24,036 bases of DNA from a virus. Lineage: Duplodnaviria; Caudoviricetes. Below are positions 8,122 through 16,651 of this stretch, piece after piece (within the stretch, counting starts at the first letter, position 1; each line of letters opens with the position of its first letter). The stretch is from positions 1-24,036 of the IMG/VR virus record IMGVR_UViG_3300037882_000522. One strand, 5' to 3'. The position numbers and the translations under genes are program-made. The notes beneath the pieces are model-generated. The model did no database searches. It saw only the letters and a list, made by a program, of their open reading frames with translations, and was not told where the DNA came from.

Positions 8122-8813
8122 TATGCATACCTCTGATTTGATTGCTGGCTAACCATGCCTACCTGCTGACCTCCAGCGGCGGTACTGTCGCCACCGCCAA
8201 ATGCTCCAAAAATGGCCGGAAGAGCTTGTATTATTTGTGCGTTTTGGTTTGCTGTTGCTTGTTGCGCACCAATCAATCCTGCGGCTCGTGCATTTGCAGC
8301 TTGTGTGCCGTATTCGCCAATTGCCTCACCTGCCCGCTGACTATTGGCTCCAACCTGAGCAGCTGATGACTGACCAATGTTTGCAAGATTGAGTAGCTGT
8401 TGCTCGCGCTGAGCAAGCAGAGGCGATGCTGCCAGTAAATAGTTTTCCTGCAGCTGTGCGGATTGGTCGCCTGTACCAATTCGCCCTTGTGACGCGAGGC
8501 GCGCCGCTGTAGCCCTGTCTGCTGTGTTTAGCGACGCCTGAAACAATGGGTTTCCCTGCAGGTAATCCATTTGCGCCTGCGGATTTGTATTAAATTCCGT
8601 AAGCAAAGGCAAAGCTGACTCACCCGCTTGACGATACGGCGCAAGGTCAGATCTAAAAGTCTCCTCACGTGAACTTATTCCGGCTTGGGCGTCTGCCGCA
8701 GATTGCGCCTGCATTTTTGCGGCCTCCTTAGCTGTTTTTCTGCCTTTGTGCCCCTGATATGCTGCGTTAGCTACAGCTGCCCCCGCTATAACCGCGCCTG
8801 TAACTGCAGCCAT
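8121..8813 (-). CDS. DNA ejection protein, P22 gp7-like
   Basis: 230 aa Ala/Gln-rich. Hydrophobic N-terminus followed by AA..QA....R.DLAPY.QAG..AL motif typical of gp7-like proteins. Confidence 0.8.
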   Translation of the reverse strand: MAAVTGAVIAGAAVANAAYQGHKGRKTAKEAAKMQAQSAADAQAGISSREETFRSDLAPYRQAGESALPLLTEFNTNPQAQMDYLQGNPLFQASLNTADRATAARLASQGRIGTGDQSAQLQENYLLAASPLLAQREQQLLNLANIGQSSAAQVGANSQRAGEAIGEYGTQAANARAAGLIGAQQATANQNAQIIQALPAIFGAFGGGDSTAAGGQQVGMVSQQSNQRYA

Positions 8814-9248
8814 TTATAAAGCCCTCTCGTATCGAGTCTCGATCAATTTGTACCCCATTTTATCATAAATACTTTTAACTGTTTGCGGCATTGATGACTC
8901 CATAAAAACCATTGACATTCTTTTGCAGCCCATTAGCTTTGCGTAATCTTCGCCAGCTTTCAGTAGCCTTATTCCGCAACTACCGCCCCTTGCGCTTGGC
9001 GAAACATACCAAGCCAGCTCGCATGCCGTTAACTCTGGGCTGCATAAGTTGTCGGCAGCCGCAATGATCATAAACCCGACAATCACCCCGCCACTCTCCG
9101 CAACTAAAATCATGTGGTTTTCATGGAGGTGCGCGAGCTTTTTAACTGTGTGATCGTGATCATACGCTAAATCTTGAGTTGAGCACCAAAACGCCTTGCA
9201 CATTGCTAATACATCAAAAAGGTCTTTGTCTTCGGCTGGCCTGATCAT
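8814..9248 (-). CDS. GNAT-family N-acetyltransferase (virion-module GNAT)
   Basis: MIRPAE..D start, LVAE..G.IVGF strand, WYVSPSARGG..G..LL acetyl-CoA motif A, and ..YDKMGY C-terminal motif. Confidence 0.9.
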   Translation of the reverse strand: MIRPAEDKDLFDVLAMCKAFWCSTQDLAYDHDHTVKKLAHLHENHMILVAESGGVIVGFMIIAAADNLCSPELTACELAWYVSPSARGGSCGIRLLKAGEDYAKLMGCKRMSMVFMESSMPQTVKSIYDKMGYKLIETRYERAL

Positions 9249-9799
9249 GAAAAAAACCTCGTGTAAACAACCCTCGCAGTGACGCCTTCGCCGCCGCCGC
9301 CGATGGGATGGGCTGCGTGCATCATTTGCGAGGGGAATATCGCTACGGTGTTAACGTTAGCCTTTGCAAATCCTGTAACCCTCCAAGCGTCAACATCTTT
9401 CGAGTCGGCCGCGATAATGTCGATCGCCTCTTTTGCTGAAGGCGCAAAGCTAATGCCTGTGGCAGAATGAGTTACGAAAGCTGTGCCGCCGATTTCGGTC
9501 AAGTACAGCATTAGTGAATAGTCTCCCATTACTCCGTCATGATGGACGGGGTTTGGGCAGTGAACACCGGCAGGCGACGATCTAAAAAATTCGGTAACAT
9601 TCATCGCGCTTCTACCGAGATGATTAAAGCAAACCTCGTCAATTTCAGCGCTAATAACATCTGGTACGCGACGGCAGATTAAGGGGTAAATAGTCCCGTC
9701 AAGCTCGTTCTCCTCGTCCGCAAATGGGCCGCATGCGACCTGCGCAAATGCTGCCCGTAATGCTCTCGGACTTAGCGTGTCTTTAATTATTGTAATCAT
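9245..9799 (-). CDS. 2-oxoglutarate/Fe(II)-dependent oxygenase superfamily protein
   Basis: HxD (VHHD), LYL...GGTAF, N.V.IF....H distal His, and R....FF (RVVYTRFF) 2OG-binding Arg; the full facial triad is present. Confidence 0.8.
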   Translation of the reverse strand: MITIIKDTLSPRALRAAFAQVACGPFADEENELDGTIYPLICRRVPDVISAEIDEVCFNHLGRSAMNVTEFFRSSPAGVHCPNPVHHDGVMGDYSLMLYLTEIGGTAFVTHSATGISFAPSAKEAIDIIAADSKDVDAWRVTGFAKANVNTVAIFPSQMMHAAHPIGGGGEGVTARVVYTRFFS

Positions 9800-10119
9800 G
9801 CGGGCACCGTATTGCCGAAGATGTGATAGTTAAATGTGCTAGCGCCATCACCTTGTACCCGCAGTGAGTCGCCAGCGCTCAAGCCGCCAATGGCCTCGAA
9901 AACTATTTTAGACTTGCCGGCCCCTGCAGGCAATTTTACTTTAGTGAGCAGCCTTTGTGTTGCGCCAGCATACGCGAACACGCTAACAGCAGTTACAGTT
10001 GCGCCCGCGTTAGTTAGCACCATGTTTGCAATCGTTGCGGTGGTTCCAGTGCCGACGCTAACGCATGTTGCGAGTGTTGTCCCGCTAACAGAGCCTGACC
10101 CTATTCTGTAGATGCTCAC
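9796..10119 (-). CDS. Small beta-rich virion protein (hypothetical)
   Basis: 107 aa, GTG start, Thr/Gly/Ala/Val-rich with L.AGDSL.V motif seen in small jelly-roll-type phage structural proteins. ATGA coupling to the next gene. Confidence 0.65.
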   Translation of the reverse strand: MSIYRIGSGSVSGTTLATCVSVGTGTTATIANMVLTNAGATVTAVSVFAYAGATQRLLTKVKLPAGAGKSKIVFEAIGGLSAGDSLRVQGDGASTFNYHIFGNTVPA

Positions 10120-10121
10120 AG

Positions 10122-11303
10122 CTAGACCTCATTCAGAATGAAAATATCGAATTCAGCCGAAACGCTAGCCGTCCCAGCAGAAACTTTGGCCATAAAGCCT
10201 ATATCTGTTGGCCCGACGTAGGGGCCAAATGGCACTTCAATCCCACCAAAAACCTCAATGCTGCCACCGGCCACGCCGGTCACTACGCTTTGCGCCTCCA
10301 TTGGCGAATATGGTGCCGCCGTCTGGTCTGCGTTAGCACGAGAGAAAAAACCCAAATCAATCGTTTTGCCGCTGTCCACGCTTAAATTTCTTAATTTTAC
10401 ATAGCCAGTCGAACCGGCTGGAACTGTGTATGCCGCAATCTCGGACCGCCCTTTTGGAAATGCTGTGGCGTCTATTGTCGCCCAATCAGTTCCGCCGCTA
10501 GCGTTTTCTATTGTTATGGATCCCGCGTGAGAACCTGCTGAACTGGTCGCATACGTACCGCTACCCTCGACGCTTACGCGAAAAACTCGCGCAAATAATC
10601 CTGTAGTTGCCGCTGATGCTGACGCCCCGGCAGTTGCAACACTCTCACTCAACAGATTAAACGACGCATCGAGGCCTTCTATTAAAACAGACCTCGCCCC
10701 GCTTCCTGCCGCCGTGTCATTTGCATTTCCCCCTGCTTTTATTCTTAATGCCGTGGCGGCAGATGATTGAGGCGTTCTGTATATCCCACCAATCGACAAA
10801 GGCACGTAAGTAGTCCCAACGGCTGGGTTTCGCCCAAATTTCTTTATTTCGGTAAATCCCGAAACAAGGCCGCGTGCCATATCTAGCCATGTTAGGGTTT
10901 GCCTAACGACTATTGCGTCACTGTCCAGCGCTATAGGTTGATTCAGTGGCGCCGTCGGCTGTCTAAAAACCCCGTAATATGTGGATAGCTGGAATGTAGC
11001 CTGCGGCGTTGCTGAGTTTACAAAGCGCGCACGGAAATATCGCGGGCCTTTTACTGCTGTGTGGAACTCGTGAATATTTGCCTTTACTTCATAACCAGAA
11101 GTCGGGAACGTTCGCCAATTTGTGCCATCCACGGAAAAATCAAAAAACAGCGTACCGTCCGTATCTGAAAAACACGACGACATAACATCTGCTATTGGGT
11201 TTAGTTCTGCGGCGCCGGTAAATGTTGCACTGGTACCAAGCGGAGCGGTGCTTGTGTTGCCTATCGACGCTATACCATTGCTCGGGTTTGAGATGTATGT
11301 CAT
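10122..11303 (-). CDS. Minor virion structural protein, beta-rich (hypothetical)
   Basis: Start moved to MTYISN (ATGA overlap at 11300-11303), 393 aa. Motifs STAPL...ATFTG, FSVDGTNW, KFGRNP.V and DTAAG.GAR.V.I.GLD recur in phage structural proteins. Confidence 0.7.
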   Translation of the reverse strand: MTYISNPSNGIASIGNTSTAPLGTSATFTGAAELNPIADVMSSCFSDTDGTLFFDFSVDGTNWRTFPTSGYEVKANIHEFHTAVKGPRYFRARFVNSATPQATFQLSTYYGVFRQPTAPLNQPIALDSDAIVVRQTLTWLDMARGLVSGFTEIKKFGRNPAVGTTYVPLSIGGIYRTPQSSAATALRIKAGGNANDTAAGSGARSVLIEGLDASFNLLSESVATAGASASAATTGLFARVFRVSVEGSGTYATSSAGSHAGSITIENASGGTDWATIDATAFPKGRSEIAAYTVPAGSTGYVKLRNLSVDSGKTIDLGFFSRANADQTAAPYSPMEAQSVVTGVAGGSIEVFGGIEVPFGPYVGPTDIGFMAKVSAGTASVSAEFDIFILNEV

Positions 11304-11764
11304 TGAATTACCCACTGATTAAATTCAACTAGATACACGATATTAACACAATCGCCATTTGCATAGATAAACGAGCTACTGGCGCCGTTTATATTGCCGG
11401 CAATTTCGACAAGAAAATGGCCGCCGTACACCTGTACGTAAACGCTCTCGTTATCATCTGGGGTTGCGTTTAACGTAACAACCGTTGCTGCTGTACATCT
11501 CACAAACTCATTGCCAGAGGTTGTGTGCGCTCCAGATGCTAACACCTCCGCGTGATCGTCGCCGTTCAGTATTGAAATTGCTGGCGACATCACCCCGTAA
11601 ACGTCAGGGATGCCTTTTACTTGCGTTTGGCTAGTGCCAGTTTGACTTTGAAATTGCTGCAAAATATTCTCAAGCAGCGACAAATAGCGGTCAACCTCGC
11701 CCCCCTTGAATGCGCTGGGCCTTGATCTTGCCAACGTTAAAGCCTGAATATTTGAGTTTGCCAT
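11300..11764 (-). CDS. Tail accessory protein, possibly tail-needle (P22 gp26 position)
   Basis: Start moved to MANSNIQ (TAATG overlap at 11764), 154 aa. N-terminal amphipathic helix followed by a beta-rich C-terminal knob. Directly follows the gp10-like gene. Confidence 0.55.
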   Translation of the reverse strand: MANSNIQALTLARSRPSAFKGGEVDRYLSLLENILQQFQSQTGTSQTQVKGIPDVYGVMSPAISILNGDDHAEVLASGAHTTSGNEFVRCTAATVVTLNATPDDNESVYVQVYGGHFLVEIAGNINGASSSFIYANGDCVNIVYLVEFNQWVIQ

Positions 11765-13197
11765 TAGTGGCCAGCCTCTCGCAAATAGATACACGCTGAA
11801 AATATTGTAAAGCTGCTTATAAAATCAGTTGATCGAAGCTTAAACACCGCGCGCCTAAATTGTTTCATCAAGTGCAGCTCTACCGGCAGCGTGTAATCGC
11901 CCCTAGTACCAAGCTCTAAAATGTACTCTTTGCCCCAAGTATACCCGCCGTCAAATGACGGTATGACAGATATTTTAGGGTTGGGCGTTGAAACTATAGT
12001 TGTTGCAACTCCCGTCTCAACAGATAAGACTAATTTTGACATTTCCATTAGCTGCTGAGGCTTTCCAAAATCATCGCCCGATAAAACAGAAATTGTGCGC
12101 TCTTTTAGAATGCCTCTACCGCTGTTAAAAAACTGGTCAGGGGTTAGCTTCCAGATTAGCGCGCCACGGGTGTCAAAGCCGATAATCTCGCCAAAGGCTT
12201 CGACGAACGAATCGACAAACCACGCCCCGTCATCAATGTCCGCCAGCTCAAGCCATGCTTCTGAATTTTCGGAATAAACCCACACCTCAGATTCGCCGCG
12301 AAAATTAAAAATAATAAATTTGTGCCCATTAAGATTTACGCGATTAGCTACAACTTTGGTTAAATCCAGCGATTTAAAATGCGACGCAATTACTGGGTTG
12401 GTAATTTCTTCGGCCGTGAATGATGAGACCCTATACCCATGCCCATCACTGCCGATGAAGTACATAAATTTATCGGTATTTGCGACAGTGTAAGGGCTTT
12501 TTATGCCTACGTTTTCAATGATCCCGCCATTCATTCGCGCAAGTGGCGGCGCTCCAGCACCGACATCCTGCCACGGCTCTATACTGTTTTCTCCAAATAC
12601 ATACACCACCTGATTAAATACATACATGGTCACGGTCGTATCTGGCGACGAGCGAGCATAGAACACGTTAGCCGAATCAAAGCTTGCGGCCAGTACGTCG
12701 CCAACGCTTATAGCTTGATCGTCGCCGTTTAGCAGGAAGCGCTCGTTCAAAAAATCGCAGCATGTAGGGTTAAATGTTACCGCTGCTAGCTCTGTTATCG
12801 TCGTGCCGTCATAGATGAATGGGGTCGAGCCAACACAGCACAGCATTAACTCGCCGTTATCTGTGAATACTGCCCTAGCGTCACCTGCAGCACTAATAGC
12901 TCCTATCACGGTTGTGTTGTAGGATGAATCCATACTGACAAGCTCATCCCCAAGCACCGCGTACACCAAACCCTTCCAGAAATAAGAGCCCCTGAAATAC
13001 TCAAGAGAACCGGCAAGACTTGATGTTACAACCTCTATGCCAGGCCATGAATGCATAACACTCTCACTCATGCCAGTCGGCGTATTTTCTGGATATAAAT
13101 TTATGCTACGCTGAGACGAAAGCGGGATAACTCTACTGCTGTATGATGCGCCATTTGTTCTCAGTTGCACTGCTGTATAGCGTGACGTTCTCGCCAT
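11764..13197 (-). CDS. Tail hub/nozzle protein, P22 gp10-like (packaged DNA stabilisation protein)
   Basis: Start moved to MARTSRY (TAATG overlap at 13197), 477 aa. Q..INLYPE, A.SSPD, VFGE.SIE.W...G and S.DGG.TW motifs characteristic of gp10-like beta-propeller tail proteins. Confidence 0.85.
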   Translation of the reverse strand: MARTSRYTAVQLRTNGASYSSRVIPLSSQRSINLYPENTPTGMSESVMHSWPGIEVVTSSLAGSLEYFRGSYFWKGLVYAVLGDELVSMDSSYNTTVIGAISAAGDARAVFTDNGELMLCCVGSTPFIYDGTTITELAAVTFNPTCCDFLNERFLLNGDDQAISVGDVLAASFDSANVFYARSSPDTTVTMYVFNQVVYVFGENSIEPWQDVGAGAPPLARMNGGIIENVGIKSPYTVANTDKFMYFIGSDGHGYRVSSFTAEEITNPVIASHFKSLDLTKVVANRVNLNGHKFIIFNFRGESEVWVYSENSEAWLELADIDDGAWFVDSFVEAFGEIIGFDTRGALIWKLTPDQFFNSGRGILKERTISVLSGDDFGKPQQLMEMSKLVLSVETGVATTIVSTPNPKISVIPSFDGGYTWGKEYILELGTRGDYTLPVELHLMKQFRRAVFKLRSTDFISSFTIFSACIYLREAGH

Positions 13198-13814
13198 TAT
13201 GGTATGCACCCCACTATATGCTGAGTTGGTAGCGTGCCATAGCCTAGCATATCCGCATCCTCATTAGCCTTGAGGATGGCAGATTGAAACAAGTTTCCCC
13301 AGTACGTAACCTGTTCAATTTCACCAGCGTACTGAAATGCGGCGGCCATCGCGCCATAAAAATACACGTTAGGGTAATTGGTTAAAATATCGTTAACGGG
13401 GGCTGCGTCAGATAGCGGCGTTAGCAGTGCGTAGTATTCAAATTTAAAGTTATACTGCTTGTCTGGCTCAACATCCAAAATTATTGCGCTGGTTAGCGCA
13501 TAGGCTGTCGGCCTGCCTGTCTCGCCATTATCCGGTATTTGAGCTAGCGGGATTTTCTTTAGTCGATAAAAAACGCCATCAATCTCAACTGAAACATTCC
13601 TAAACTCAATGAGCCCAGCTGGAAACGCTATTGACTTGACGCTAAACATAGATTGCAGTTCAGTCTGCATTTCGGGCACGCGAAGTCCGGCCGTGCCTCG
13701 GTACATGTGAGACTCAGCAAGGGCAATACAGTCCGCTGCGTGCTCCTGTATGTCGTCGCGATGTGACCATTTTACAACCTGCTGTTGCAAATTTGCGTAG
13801 TTATCTAAGGGCAT
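13197..13814 (-). CDS. Head-tail adaptor (connector) protein
   Basis: 205 aa. NY..LQ..V..W..R.D, I.LAE, G.P..Y and N..L..YP.VY.YG motifs of podovirus adaptors. SD AGGTG upstream. Confidence 0.8.
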   Translation of the reverse strand: MPLDNYANLQQQVVKWSHRDDIQEHAADCIALAESHMYRGTAGLRVPEMQTELQSMFSVKSIAFPAGLIEFRNVSVEIDGVFYRLKKIPLAQIPDNGETGRPTAYALTSAIILDVEPDKQYNFKFEYYALLTPLSDAAPVNDILTNYPNVYFYGAMAAAFQYAGEIEQVTYWGNLFQSAILKANEDADMLGYGTLPTQHIVGCIP

Positions 13815-13825
13815 TTTGCACCTAT

Positions 13826-13849
13826 AAAAAAAGGGGCTTTCACCCCCTT
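13826..13849 (-). terminator. Rho-independent terminator after the capsid/cement genes
   Basis: Minus strand reads GGGGT-GAAA-GCCCC followed by TTTTTTT. Typical position for reducing tail-gene expression relative to capsid. Confidence 0.85.
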
Positions 13850-13864
13850 ATTGTATCACTACTT

Positions 13865-14101
13865 TTAGAGATCTGCCCCAAACTCAGCAGAAACGTCTAG
13901 ATTTACGGGTTTTTCCGTTTTGCTAGATTTTGCTTTTGCAGGTTTTTGGTGTTCCTCCAAAGGCTCCAGCCAAGAGCACTCGAAATCTTTGCCATGCTCT
14001 TTTTTGTAGTCGGCAAGCCAATCATCGGAGATCTCGAACTTGTCACCTTCTTTGCGCAGCTTGTCAAGAATGTAACCTTTGTCAATAGCTTTAAATAACA
14101 T
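13865..14101 (-). CDS. Small hypothetical protein in the head module
   Basis: 78 aa, good SD (GGAGG), F.A...GYI...L..EGD.FE N-terminus and Lys-rich tail. Confidence 0.8.
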   Translation of the reverse strand: MLFKAIDKGYILDKLRKEGDKFEISDDWLADYKKEHGKDFECSWLEPLEEHQKPAKAKSSKTEKPVNLDVSAEFGADL

Positions 14102-14113
14102 TTAAAACCTCCA

Positions 14114-14545
14114 TTAGGTGATTGAATAGCCTATCGGCAAATTGCTGGTTTCTGTTGATACGTCGCAGGCGGGTTTCCATTCAGCAGTAACAGTGACAGA
14201 CGGAGTGGTACCGCCAAGGGTTAGCCTGCCACGAACATACTGCTCAATGCCAAGCGGGGCGGGAACCCACACTTTAGCGCCAACGGTAAGAGCAGAACCG
14301 GCAACGGTCAGGCTGGTCAGCGCTGTAGCGCTACCAAACGCCGAATCGTTATCTGTTTCGATGCTGAATGCGTACGTCTCGTTGCCTGATGCCGTATCTG
14401 CCGCCACGTCAACAGTGTACAGAATCCCGAACGGTTCGCCACGATTTGAGTCGTAAACTGAACCGGTATTGTAGCTGTTAGTGGTTGCTGCAGTTGCGGT
14501 AAACGCCTGAGCGTTTGATAGTGTTGCTTGATAATCAGTAATCAT
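14114..14545 (-). CDS. Capsid cement/decoration protein, BPP-1 Bbp16-like
   Basis: Start moved to MITDYQ (SD AGGGG), 143 aa. MI.D....S.AQA.TATA..TN, D.S.F and L..G......P....Y.R motifs. Directly follows the major capsid gene. Confidence 0.85.
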   Translation of the reverse strand: MITDYQATLSNAQAFTATAATTNSYNTGSVYDSNRGEPFGILYTVDVAADTASGNETYAFSIETDNDSAFGSATALTSLTVAGSALTVGAKVWVPAPLGIEQYVRGRLTLGGTTPSVTVTAEWKPACDVSTETSNLPIGYSIT

Positions 14546-14556
14546 GAGTCGTCCCC

Positions 14557-15540
14557 TTAAACTACTAATGCTTCGGTTGATAAAATACCATCGCACAAAC
14601 GCAATGGAACGCCTCTGAACTCGGTGCGCATAACGCCCTCAACTTCACGCGAAGTAAAGTAAGCGTTTGATTTCTCAACGCCCTCGAGGTCGAGAATCTG
14701 GCCGCCGTCGCGATTCATATAGAAGCCAAAATTGATGCCGGCCGCTTTCAATGATGGCACTCGACGCATTGCGCGAATCATTAAATTAATAATGCCTGCG
14801 TTTGCCGGATCGGCAAGGCTCGCCGATACGTCGATATTGCAAATGCGCACAGCATAGCGCCAGTCCTCAACAGCAATGCCGCCAGCCATGTCGTACAGAT
14901 CACGGTGGGCCATATAGCTGTTGCCATCGGCGTCATTGATCGGGTGAACGCCCTGATCTTGATGGCGAACACCTGATCCGTAACCCTCCGGCAAAACGCC
15001 ATAAATTGCACGGCGACCCAAGCCAATGAGCCATATTGAAGTATTATCTGCGCCAACGCCGCCAGCTTTCAGGATGTTCTGACCATTTCCTGCCGATGTT
15101 GAGCCGTAGCGAGTCGCTAAACCCACCAAACCTTCAGGATCAGCTGCTGTGCCGTAAAACAACTCTGTTGAAAAGTCGTTAGACAGCGCTGACATAGCCG
15201 ACATCATTTCGGTGCCGCGGAGCTCTTTACCGTTTGGCATGCGGGTGTCTGTCAATCCAAGGGTTTCAAGGATCGCAGTGCCTTCCTTTTGGGTCACGGT
15301 TGCAGACTTTCCGGCAGGCGTGCCCTTGTTCATTTGAGCCCAGTAAGTAGGGTTCAGTCCAACACGCATACCGATCTCGTGAGTTGTGCCTTTATTTGCG
15401 TCGACATAAGGCATATCGCCAAGAATATCATTTGTTTCTGCGAGCAATTCTGCAATTTGCATCGCGCGTTTTTTGCTATCACCTGTCAATCGATTTGCGC
15501 GATCAACAAGCGTCAAGTAACTTCCGCCTAAAATGGCCAT
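14557..15540 (-). CDS. Major capsid protein, BPP-1 Bbp17/epsilon15-like
   Basis: 327 aa. TL.D.A.R, I.ELL..TN.IL.D.P, FYG......GL..RY, NTSIWL, DWRY.VRI.NID and FRGVP.R.CD.I..TE motifs. Confidence 0.93.
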   Translation of the reverse strand: MAILGGSYLTLVDRANRLTGDSKKRAMQIAELLAETNDILGDMPYVDANKGTTHEIGMRVGLNPTYWAQMNKGTPAGKSATVTQKEGTAILETLGLTDTRMPNGKELRGTEMMSAMSALSNDFSTELFYGTAADPEGLVGLATRYGSTSAGNGQNILKAGGVGADNTSIWLIGLGRRAIYGVLPEGYGSGVRHQDQGVHPINDADGNSYMAHRDLYDMAGGIAVEDWRYAVRICNIDVSASLADPANAGIINLMIRAMRRVPSLKAAGINFGFYMNRDGGQILDLEGVEKSNAYFTSREVEGVMRTEFRGVPLRLCDGILSTEALVV

Positions 15541-15551
15541 ATTTTAACCCT

Positions 15552-16349
15552 CTAGCTAAAGAATAAGTCTTCTAATGATTCGCCTCGGCTCTGTGTGGTC
15601 TTGGCGGTTGATTTTGATGATTTGAAAATCTTCACCTTTTTTCGCTTCGCCTCAGCGCTTTTTGGTGCCTGCTTCAATCGTGCTAACTCAATAATTGCCG
15701 CCATGACTTTTGCAGATGTTAGATTGCGTGAATCACTTTCAGTGAAGCCACTATCTCTTGCAAAAGCCTGATAGAGCTTTATATCGCCGGCTTTCTTTTC
15801 TTGATCGCTCCAGCCCAGTAATTCAACCAATTGCGTTTGCTGTTCGGCTAAGTATTCGCTTCGCGTTTCGGCGGCCTTAGCTTTAATTGCATCCACTTTT
15901 GCAGCTCGCTCGTTGCGCTCTTCTTTGACGCGCAAATACTCGCTGTAGTCGTCTTTCTTGAGTTGGTCTAGATCAATATCATCAAGATCCCCAATAGCTA
16001 ACTTTTTCAAGTCATTCTCGGCTGCCTCAAGCACGTTAAGTGCCTCATTTAGCTTAGAATCTTTAGCTTCGTACGCCTTGCGCTGTTCAGCGAGGGCGGT
16101 AGTTTTTTTGGTGTAATCCTGCTCGCGGAATTGAGACTTTAGAGCCTTCTTGATTTCGTCAAGGGTGACTTCTTTGCCGTCTATTTCAACAACATCTAGT
16201 TCCTCTTCGTCATCGCCAAGCTCTTCGTCACCTTCCTCGGTGCCCTCCAGCTCCTCACCTTCGGGTTCTTCGACATTTTCTGTTTCGCTAGTCTCCTCGG
16301 GTGTTCCTTCGGAATCTTCAGAGAAAAACAAGTTTTCATCTAATGTCAT
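15552..16349 (-). CDS. Scaffolding protein
   Basis: Very acidic N-terminus, IDGKEVTLDE...DYTKKT..LAEQRK motif, coiled coil and basic C-terminus. Immediately upstream of the capsid gene. Confidence 0.85.
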   Translation of the reverse strand: MTLDENLFFSEDSEGTPEETSETENVEEPEGEELEGTEEGDEELGDDEEELDVVEIDGKEVTLDEIKKALKSQFREQDYTKKTTALAEQRKAYEAKDSKLNEALNVLEAAENDLKKLAIGDLDDIDLDQLKKDDYSEYLRVKEERNERAAKVDAIKAKAAETRSEYLAEQQTQLVELLGWSDQEKKAGDIKLYQAFARDSGFTESDSRNLTSAKVMAAIIELARLKQAPKSAEAKRKKVKIFKSSKSTAKTTQSRGESLEDLFFS

Positions 16350-16354
16350 GTTGC

Positions 16355-16651
16355 TTATCGCTTATGTAAGTTGTTTGTTTTGGCTATCAAGTTGGCGCTC
16401 CTGATAGCTTCCTCGGACATTTTACCTGTTTGTATGGCTTGTAGCAAATGTTGTTCAAAAATGTCAACCTCTTTTAGAGTTCTGTGTATTTCTTTTCGCT
16501 CGTAGTCGCCGCCGTGGGCCGGTGTATTTCGAAAATTCTCGAACAGTTGAGCGCGGCGGTACATAAAGTACTGTTTGATTATCGGGTTATTGAGCAGGCG
16601 CTCCGCCTCCTCTCCTACTGCAATGTCATTTGCTAATTGGTTTCTATCCAT
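16355..16651 (-). CDS. Hypothetical helical protein between portal and scaffold
   Basis: About 98 aa (ATG at 16651; alternative TTG at 16654), SD GGAG, G..A..LL.NP motif. Overlaps the portal 3' end. Confidence 0.8.
   Translation of the reverse strand: MDRNQLANDIAVGEEAERLLNNPIIKQYFMYRRAQLFENFRNTPAHGGDYERKEIHRTLKEVDIFEQHLLQAIQTGKMSEEAIRSANLIAKTNNLHKR

Noticed and set aside
14546-14596. Programmed -1 frameshift fusing capsid to cement protein
   Set aside because: The cement frame is open across the capsid stop in the -1 frame, but there is no canonical X XXY YYZ slippery site and the cement gene has its own SD and ATG at 14545.
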